Source of the DNA: an uncultured delta proteobacterium
GTDB taxonomy: Bacteria > Desulfobacterota > WTBG01 > CAIYCZ01
Reading direction: 5' to 3'
DNA length: 64,000 nucleotides
Assembly (NCBI GenBank): GCA_963803975.1
Contig: CAWDOY010000016.1
Span: 1 to 64,000, forward strand
The notes beneath the pieces are model-generated. The model did not search any database and was not told the DNA's origin. It was given only the letters and a program-made list of their open reading frames with translations. Both the position numbers and the translations under genes were made by a program. Below, piece by piece: positions 56,967-64,000 of the stretch. Numbering within the stretch: the first letter of the stretch is position 1; each line of letters begins with the position of its first letter.

Positions 56967-57578
56967 TCAGGATTTTCTATTCCAAACAACCATGAACTTC
57001 CCATCCAGAAATACATTATAACCTGCAATGGTACATAAAAAAGTGGTGGCATGTTGTTTATGATGCTTGTAAAAAGGTTTAAATTCTAAAACATGGCATC
57101 TGTCTGCCTTTAATACAATTTCCATCTTAGTCGCAAGTTTTTCTGCAGGCAGTTTAAGAATTATTGAGTGTGAGCCTCCTGCAAGCCTTATTTTTTTATC
57201 AAGGATATATTTTATTCCCAACCCCGCTTCAAAATTTTTATTACCCTGTTCATCATAAGGAGGAATATCTTCCTTTTTCCCATCAACTTTCCAGGTGAGA
57301 ACCTGACCATCGATGTTTAATATGAAGGGATATTCTGATTTCCCATGCATTGACTTCTTTGGTTCAAACCAGTAAAACCCCTCCTCATGGGTCTTGATGG
57401 ACGCTTTAATTATTACATCAGTAAACCCGATTGGTATCTGTTTTTCTTCTTTGACTTCGCTGAAAACCACTGCTCTATCTTTTTGCGATTCCGTTTTTAT
57501 CTTTTTCGGTTGGATTGCACATCCTATGAACGGCAAGGCAAAAGAGATCAGCATTACAACTATCAATAATCTTTTCAT
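56967..57578 (-). CDS. Hypothetical lipoprotein
   Basis: MKR followed by a hydrophobic stretch and FIGC lipobox; His-rich YKHHKQH near the C-terminus. Confidence 0.7.
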   Translation of the reverse strand: MKRLLIVVMLISFALPFIGCAIQPKKIKTESQKDRAVVFSEVKEEKQIPIGFTDVIIKASIKTHEEGFYWFEPKKSMHGKSEYPFILNIDGQVLTWKVDGKKEDIPPYDEQGNKNFEAGLGIKYILDKKIRLAGGSHSIILKLPAEKLATKMEIVLKADRCHVLEFKPFYKHHKQHATTFLCTIAGYNVFLDGKFMVVWNRKS

Positions 57579-57616
57579 TGCAATCCCCTTCTATATCGGG
57601 TGATTTAATAGTTTGT

Positions 57617-57958
57617 TCAGACAGCAGTTTCACCACGCTCGCCGGTACTGATACGTACGGCTGTTTGAACTTCAGACACATAGATCTTTCCGTCACCGCG
57701 CAGCCCCGTATGTGCGTTATGTTGAATAATGGAGATGATGCTGTCTGTTAATTCATCTTGACAGAAAATCTCAATTTTCATATGGGGTACATACTCAACA
57801 AGGTCTTCCACTATGCGATTGCGAGCCCCCTTTGCCCTGCTGCGGCCAAAGCCCTGTACACTGGAGACAGTCAGTCCAGTGAGGCCTTCCAGAGTATTGA
57901 GAGCCATGGCCACCTTCGAAAGCATGTGAGGCTTTATATAAGCTATGATCTGTTTCAT
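57617..57958 (-). CDS. P-II family protein linked to heavy-metal efflux
   Basis: AYIKP, GLTVSSVQGFGR, KIEI, HTGLRGDGKIYV, RISTGERG. Confidence 0.92.
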   Translation of the reverse strand: MKQIIAYIKPHMLSKVAMALNTLEGLTGLTVSSVQGFGRSRAKGARNRIVEDLVEYVPHMKIEIFCQDELTDSIISIIQHNAHTGLRGDGKIYVSEVQTAVRISTGERGETAV

Positions 57959-57994
57959 GTTGTTTCCTCCTTTATTGTTCGAAAGCAGTTAGAG

Positions 57995-60900
57995 TTATAA
58001 TGTATCCTTGAGAACCTCTTCTTTTTCGATGCGAGCGTCTGCTCTGGTTTCAAACCAATCATAAAGAGTTGGTAACACGATCAAGGTGAGCAGGGTCGAG
58101 GTTATGAGACCACCCATCACAACCACCGCAAGAGGTTTCTGGATGTCTGCTCCTGACCCGGTGGCGTAGAGCATCGGGAAGTGACCGATGAAGCTAACCA
58201 GAGCGGTCATCAGAAGAGGACGAAACCGGAGGTTACAGCCGGTCGTGACTGTTTCATCCACGCTTTTACCCTCGGCACGAAGCTGACGGAAGAAAGCAAC
58301 CAGCACCACGCCATTCTGGACTGCAATGCCAAGGAGAACGATGAACGCTACTGCTGATGAAACAGATAGATTCATACGGAAGACCCACACGGCGATAATA
58401 CCCCCTACTAAGGCAAACGGCAGGTTGAGCACCACCAGCAAGGAGTCTCGCAATGACCCGAGGGCAAGATAGAGGAACAAAAGAATCAGGAGCAGGGCAA
58501 TGGGAACCACGATCGAGAGGCGCTGCATCGCCCGCTGCTGGTTTTCAAACTGTCCTCCGAACTCAAGAAAGTACCCCGGGGGTAACTCAGATTCAATGCG
58601 TGCCAGGGCCTGTTTCGCCTCAGCGACGAAACCGCCCAGGTCTCTTCCGCGGATGTTAGCTTCGGCTGCCACGCGACGCATGCTTTTTTCCCGGCTGATC
58701 TGGGCCGGTCCCTCCACGGTGGAGATTTTGGCAACCCGGCTCAGTGGTACCCTCTCCCCGGCAGCCCCGCGCAATATAAGCCGTTCCAGGGATGAAATAT
58801 CAGATCGTTCCGCGTCAGGGAAGCGAACCACGGTCGCGATACGCTGCTGACCGTCAACTACCCTGGTAGCCTCCTTTCCAGCTATTGCGGTTTCAATCAA
58901 TTCGTTAACATCAGAAACATTAATGCCATAGCGGGCCAGTTCCTGTCGGTTGAGAGTAATTTCGACCTGTTCCATGCCGGAAACCTGTTCCACCCTAACA
59001 TCCTGTGCGCCTCGAAGTCCTGTGAGTACTCCTGCTATACGGTCTGCATAGTCCTTGAGCTTTTTAATGTCTGATCCATAGACCTTTACCGCCAGATCAC
59101 TTTTCACCCCGGAGATAAGCTCGTTCACACGCAGGGCAATAGGCTGAGAAAATGATAGGCGAAGCCCTGGAACGACAGATAGCTCCTTTTGCAAAGCTTC
59201 CACAAGTTCCGCTTTGTTTCGACCAGTTTTCCACTCTTTCCGAGGCTTCAACATGATAAATATATCAGTTTGCTCCGGTCCCATCGGATCCTCGGAGATT
59301 TCCGCACGTCCTGTCTTGCTCACCACGGTGGTAACCTCAGGGAAACCAGCAAGTATTCTCTTTTCCATGAAAGTTCCAACGTCCTTGGATCCATCAAGTG
59401 AAGCATTCGGCAGCCGCACGGCATTAATTGCTATGGCTCCCTCATCGAGGTCCGGCATAAACTCTGTTCCGATCCTTGTTGCTATCAACCCGGCTGCGAT
59501 AAGGGTAATAAGAGATATTGATAAGGTAACGCTCTTTCGTCTTCTGGCAGCCGCAAGAAAATTCAGATAACCTTCATGAAAGCGACGCACAAGCCGGAAC
59601 TGTTTTTCATGTGACTGTTTCAGGATTATCTCAGACAGAACCGGCACGATGGTTAAAGCCACAATCAGAGAGATGAACATGCAAATTATCATTGTCAACG
59701 CAAGCGGCATGAACATCTTTCCCTCGATTCCCTGCAGCGTAAATAGGGGCACCAGCACGACCATAATAATCATGATTGAGAATGTTACGGGACCTGCCAC
59801 TTCCAACACCGATTGTATGGTTACCTGCCGGCGAAGAGCCGGGTCACGGTGCTCTGCGAAGTGGCGGCGGATGTTCTCCGTAATGACGATCGAGGCGTCC
59901 ACAACCATGCCCACTGAAAAGGCAAGACCCCCAAGGCTCATTAAATTTGATGTGAGTCCTATCCCTCCCATTATTGGAAATGTTAAAAGGTAGGTAAGCG
60001 GCAGGGAAACAACCACTATAAGAGCTGTGCGGAGCTCGGCCAGGAAGAGGAAGAGTACCAGAATCACGAAAATTCCTCCTTCCAGCAGTGCATCAACCAC
60101 GGTCTTAATACATGCCTCTATCAAAAATGTGCGGTCATAGAATACGTTGATGCGGGCGCCTTGGGGGAGGCTCTTCTGGATCTTTGGTATAGCTTCCTTC
60201 ACGCGTGAGACAACATCTCTGGAATTCTCATCGCGCAGCATGATGACCATGCCGGCCACAGCTTCCCCTTTGCCATCGCGGGTGACTGCACCCTGACGGG
60301 GCTGAGGACCTATGACAACATCAGCAACGTCTCTAACATATACGGGTGATCCATTCTGAGCCTTGAGGACGATACTGTCAATATCCTCTGTGCTCGTAAG
60401 CAGGCCCAATCCTCTGATGTATGTCTGCTCCCACCCACGGACGATGAAGCCACCAGCCGCATTGGCATTGTTTTTCTCAATCGCCTCTACTACATCCCGG
60501 AGCGTCAGGTCATACTTCAGCAGAGCGTCTGGCCTGACCAGAACCTGATATTGTTTGACGAATCCGCCGAAGCTGTTAACCTCGTTTACTCCAGGGATTG
60601 GTTTTAGTTGGGGAGTTACTATAAAGTTCTGAATGGTTCTCAGTTCCAGGGGAGAGAGAGTCTCGCTCTCCAGGGTGTATTGAAATATCTCTCCAAGTCC
60701 GGTGCTGGTAGGCCCCAGCTCTGGTTCTGCAAAAGAGGGCAAACTCTCCTTTGCTGTCTGGAGCCGCTCAAACACCTGCTGCCGTGCAAAATAGATGTTC
60801 GTATTATCTTCAAAAACCACAATGACCTGCGACAGGCCGGCTTTTGAAAGGGAACGGACCTGATTGACCTTGGGTACGCCGCCCATCTGCTGCTCAATCG

Positions 60901-61099
60901 GATAGGTTACCTGTTGCTCCACGTCCACAGATGAAAGACCGGGTGCCTCGGTCAAAATCATGACCTGAACATTGGTCACGTCCGGGAAAGCATCGATGGG
61001 AAGCTTCGTCCACGCGATTGCACCTGCGACAATAAGAATACCGGTAAGGGCCAGTACCAGCACCCGCCGATGAAGAAGAAACTCGATAAATTTATGCAT
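57995..61099 (-). CDS. czcA: CzcA/CusA-family heavy-metal RND efflux pump
   Basis: LPIDAFPDVTNVQV, STGLGEI, GGFVKQY, EDPMG, SQPI, RFRPLLMTA, QKPLAVVVMGG. Confidence 0.93.
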   Translation of the reverse strand: MHKFIEFLLHRRVLVLALTGILIVAGAIAWTKLPIDAFPDVTNVQVMILTEAPGLSSVDVEQQVTYPIEQQMGGVPKVNQVRSLSKAGLSQVIVVFEDNTNIYFARQQVFERLQTAKESLPSFAEPELGPTSTGLGEIFQYTLESETLSPLELRTIQNFIVTPQLKPIPGVNEVNSFGGFVKQYQVLVRPDALLKYDLTLRDVVEAIEKNNANAAGGFIVRGWEQTYIRGLGLLTSTEDIDSIVLKAQNGSPVYVRDVADVVIGPQPRQGAVTRDGKGEAVAGMVIMLRDENSRDVVSRVKEAIPKIQKSLPQGARINVFYDRTFLIEACIKTVVDALLEGGIFVILVLFLFLAELRTALIVVVSLPLTYLLTFPIMGGIGLTSNLMSLGGLAFSVGMVVDASIVITENIRRHFAEHRDPALRRQVTIQSVLEVAGPVTFSIMIIMVVLVPLFTLQGIEGKMFMPLALTMIICMFISLIVALTIVPVLSEIILKQSHEKQFRLVRRFHEGYLNFLAAARRRKSVTLSISLITLIAAGLIATRIGTEFMPDLDEGAIAINAVRLPNASLDGSKDVGTFMEKRILAGFPEVTTVVSKTGRAEISEDPMGPEQTDIFIMLKPRKEWKTGRNKAELVEALQKELSVVPGLRLSFSQPIALRVNELISGVKSDLAVKVYGSDIKKLKDYADRIAGVLTGLRGAQDVRVEQVSGMEQVEITLNRQELARYGINVSDVNELIETAIAGKEATRVVDGQQRIATVVRFPDAERSDISSLERLILRGAAGERVPLSRVAKISTVEGPAQISREKSMRRVAAEANIRGRDLGGFVAEAKQALARIESELPPGYFLEFGGQFENQQRAMQRLSIVVPIALLLILLFLYLALGSLRDSLLVVLNLPFALVGGIIAVWVFRMNLSVSSAVAFIVLLGIAVQNGVVLVAFFRQLRAEGKSVDETVTTGCNLRFRPLLMTALVSFIGHFPMLYATGSGADIQKPLAVVVMGGLITSTLLTLIVLPTLYDWFETRADARIEKEEVLKDTL

Positions 61100-61107
61100 A
61101 GGACCTC

Positions 61108-62466
61108 CTAATCTGCGCAGCCTGCGCCCATCTTTTTGCGCAGAACGTCTGATTTGAGAAGAAACGAGCCGTCAGCAATGATCTTCTGTCCGGAGGTAAG
61201 CCCGTTGCGGATTATTACCTGATCCCCGAAGGTCTCTCCAAGCGTAACCGGACGGCGAATCCAATAGTCACCCTCTTTATGCACAAACACGAAAGTTCGT
61301 CCTTCGTCGGCAAGAACTGCAACTTTTGGCACGGTGACAACATTTTCTCCACCAGGCAGCAGCAGTTTAACATTCACAAACATTCCGGGTCTCAGTAAAC
61401 CTTCAGCGTTGGAGACCGTAATCCGTGCTCTGACAGTGCGAGTCTGCTCGTGCATCATCCCCGAGATAACGTCCAATGTACCTTGATACTTTTTGCCTCC
61501 TGTACCTTGTGCGCTGACCTCAGCAGGGATTTTGCTGCCACTTGGGTTAAGGGTAAGGGCATCAGACTCTTTTAGATTTGCCCACACCCAGACTTCAGAA
61601 AGATCGGATAAAACAAACAGCTCTTTCCCGGATTCCACATACTCGCCGCTATTTACATGCCCTTCGAGCACGGTGCCATTTTGCGAGGCTCTGACAGCGA
61701 TAATTCCGGTCATAGTATTCGTTGCAGAGTTTCCCAGAAGTTCAATCTCTTTACTGGAAAGCCCTGACCGTGTAAGCCGTGTGCGTGTATTAGCCAGCTC
61801 AATCTCAGCTTCAGCTTGCCGTGTCTTGGCTTCCTGCATCTCAACTTCCGCAGAAATTTTCTTGGCAAAAAGGTTTGCCTCTCGTTCTGCGGTCTTTCGC
61901 GCAAGCTGTAAAACGGCCATCTTTTTCAGGTAGTCTGCTTTGGCTTCTGCAACTTCAGGGCTGTCTATCTCGAAGAGAATATCGCCTGCCGAAACCTTTT
62001 GGCCAATGTTGACCATCGTCCTGCGCACAATGCCCGGGAGTGGGCTGGAAACATGGACAGTTTTTGTATCATTAACCTGAACTTCACCGGTGAGGGGGAG
62101 AACCTTTGAAAAGGGCTGGGTTCCAACAAGGGTAGTATTAATAAGACCGGGTTTCTCGTTTTCAGCAATTACTGTTGGGCTGAGCTTGACTGCTCCGAGT
62201 TCATACCGGCATTCATCGCAGGTATAGTGGAGAATATCGTGCTCACATTTTGCGGTCCACATCTCGTCAACCGATCGGTCAAGATCGGATTTTTCCTCGC
62301 CATGTTCAGTTGCTTCAGCCCTGCTGCCGGTTTGTTCTTCAGTGTCCGCCGCCGCAGCTTTTGTAGAAGTTACCTCAGATGTTCCCTGGTTCCTGAAGCC
62401 AATTATCGCAACAACTACTACAAACAAGATGGCTGTAATTATTATCAAATTTTTTCTTTTTTTCAT
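61108..62466 (-). CDS. czcB: CzcB-like periplasmic adaptor (membrane fusion protein)
   Basis: N-terminal TM anchor, VSSPLPG, DLSEVWV, LRPGMFV, GSFLLKS. Confidence 0.9.
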   Translation of the reverse strand: MKKRKNLIIITAILFVVVVAIIGFRNQGTSEVTSTKAAAADTEEQTGSRAEATEHGEEKSDLDRSVDEMWTAKCEHDILHYTCDECRYELGAVKLSPTVIAENEKPGLINTTLVGTQPFSKVLPLTGEVQVNDTKTVHVSSPLPGIVRRTMVNIGQKVSAGDILFEIDSPEVAEAKADYLKKMAVLQLARKTAEREANLFAKKISAEVEMQEAKTRQAEAEIELANTRTRLTRSGLSSKEIELLGNSATNTMTGIIAVRASQNGTVLEGHVNSGEYVESGKELFVLSDLSEVWVWANLKESDALTLNPSGSKIPAEVSAQGTGGKKYQGTLDVISGMMHEQTRTVRARITVSNAEGLLRPGMFVNVKLLLPGGENVVTVPKVAVLADEGRTFVFVHKEGDYWIRRPVTLGETFGDQVIIRNGLTSGQKIIADGSFLLKSDVLRKKMGAGCAD

Positions 62467-62478
62467 TGTAACCTCCCG

Positions 62479-63834
62479 TTATGATTTTATATAGTCACCG
62501 ATAAGCCGTTCTATATTGGCTTTTGCTTTATGGTAATCTGCCAGAGCAGTAACGTATTGTCGTTTTATTTCAAAAAACGTCCGCTGCGCATCTATTACCT
62601 GCAAATAACTGAATTTACCCTCTCGATAACCTTCCTGTGCAGCATTAAATGCGCTCTGTGCTCCTGGTAACGCATTCTCTTTCAGTGCTGCTGCTGATAA
62701 GTAGGCAGAGGAGAGTTCTTGATATGCCTGAGCAAGATCGGTGAGGACTTTTATCTGTGCTGCTTTACGTTGTTCCTCTGCTTTGCTTAAATTGTGTCGT
62801 GCTTCCAATCTTTCACCCTGATTGCGGTTAAAAAGGGGAATTGGCATAGAGATCCCCATAACAAATGCCGTGTTATTTGTTTCATTAAAGTATCGCGGTC
62901 CCGCGCCTATGGTAACGTCAGGGATGGCATTGGCATCCTTGAGCTTGATGTCAGCACGGCCTTTTGCAATTTCAGTATCCCAGCGTGCAATATCAGGGTT
63001 CCGGGAAACCAACTTATTTATCTGCTCCTGTTGAGGGATTGGCTCTACCGTATCAAACTCTCCAATAACCTTTTCAAACGCAGGTGAAGAACTTCCCCAG
63101 GTAGCAGCAAGCCTTTTCCGGGCTGTTTCCATTTCCCGTTTAGCCTGTTCCAGTTCGATGCGTATGGTAGTTAAAGCAACCTTAGCCTGGATTTCCTCTA
63201 AAGGAGCGACCTTTCCCGCTTTGACCCTTTCGACAACAGTCGTGTAGACCTGTTCAGATAGTTGAACTAAATCCCTGGTGATTGAAAGACGTTCCTGTGC
63301 TGCAAGGACGTCCCAAAAAGCCTTTGTTATGTCAGTAAACACATCCAGCCGTTTAGCCTCAAAATCCCATCCAGAGAGATCCTTTTCAAGTTCAGAAAGT
63401 TTCTTACGCTTAGAGCGCTTCCCGCCCAGTTCAAACAACTGATTGATTTGTATCGTGTTTTCAGACCCATTAAATCCTTTAAGCTCTCTGGTACCGCCAA
63501 AGTTTTCGACTTCTGCTGAAATCTCTGGGTTAGGTAAAAGTCCTGCCTGAAGTGTTCGGGCTTCTGCGGAACGCACTTCCCAGGAAAACATTATGAGCTC
63601 AGGGTTTTGCATCAAACCGAAGGAGAGGGCCTGATTTAATGTTAGAGCGCCGGTTGGTTCTTCGATCTCAGGAGATTGCCCTATAGAGCCGGATAGCTGT
63701 TGTGGCGGGTGAAAGGTTTTGAACTCATTTCCCAAATGACGCTGCTCTTGCCAGTCTGCTTCTTTGGAATAAGCTTCAGAGCAAAAAAAACTAATAACTA
63801 ATAGTAGTCCAAAGGATAAATACCTTAAGTACAT
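62479..63834 (-). CDS. czcC: CzcC/TolC-family outer membrane factor
   Basis: QAGLLPNPE, ELGGKR, PIPLFNRNQG, GYREGKFSYLQVIDAQR. Confidence 0.9.
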   Translation of the reverse strand: MYLRYLSFGLLLVISFFCSEAYSKEADWQEQRHLGNEFKTFHPPQQLSGSIGQSPEIEEPTGALTLNQALSFGLMQNPELIMFSWEVRSAEARTLQAGLLPNPEISAEVENFGGTRELKGFNGSENTIQINQLFELGGKRSKRKKLSELEKDLSGWDFEAKRLDVFTDITKAFWDVLAAQERLSITRDLVQLSEQVYTTVVERVKAGKVAPLEEIQAKVALTTIRIELEQAKREMETARKRLAATWGSSSPAFEKVIGEFDTVEPIPQQEQINKLVSRNPDIARWDTEIAKGRADIKLKDANAIPDVTIGAGPRYFNETNNTAFVMGISMPIPLFNRNQGERLEARHNLSKAEEQRKAAQIKVLTDLAQAYQELSSAYLSAAALKENALPGAQSAFNAAQEGYREGKFSYLQVIDAQRTFFEIKRQYVTALADYHKAKANIERLIGDYIKS

Positions 63835-63962
63835 AAAAATCCTCCACATGACACCTTGCAGGTCTTTGATTTTTTACAAAAGAGATCGTATGCAGACAGC
63901 ACAATAATATGCTGACCAGCACGTTTAAAAGGGATAGTTACTTGACGGTGCCAGGGGAAGCT

Positions 63963-64000
63963 TTAAATGATTAGAATAACGGAGGTAATTGAAAGAAGGT
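63963..64000 (-). CDS. Possible 3' end of a small gene upstream of czcC
   Basis: Minus strand reads ...LLSITSVILII*; only 12 codons are visible. Confidence 0.3.
   Translation of the reverse strand, partial: LLSITSVILII

Overview
This window looks like chromosomal DNA from an anaerobic deltaproteobacterium-like organism; the taxonomy is inferred from gene content and protein style only. About 20.5-54 kb is the core translation/transcription supercluster: tRNAs, tuf1, rpmG-secE-nusG-rplKAJL-rpoBC, rpsLG-fusA-tuf2, and the S10, spc and alpha operons. The left 20 kb is mixed. It holds a MarR-porD-degenerate porB-nuoE-nuoF-like redox operon, a small IS200/IS605-type element, a truncated transketolase, and a probable selenocysteine DsbA/FrnE gene whose 5' end the ORF track missed. 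It continues with rpoZ, gmhA-pgpA-cinA, an M6 metalloprotease cassette bracketed by 51-bp direct repeats with an IS30 remnant, RNase P RNA and a PilT-family ATPase. The right end has a sirtuin and a czcCBA-type heavy-metal efflux cluster with a P-II-like gene, a lipoprotein and a porin. Many genes carry 1-2 nt indels, including essential rpoB and secE and one tuf copy, so most frameshifts are probably sequencing or consensus errors. Best novelty candidates: (1) the TPP-site-less PorB plus PorD coupled to NuoEF-like genes; (2) the UxxC selenoprotein; (3) the repeat-bounded protease cassette whose hairpin shows a compensatory base-pair change. All calls were made by eye and no database searches were run.
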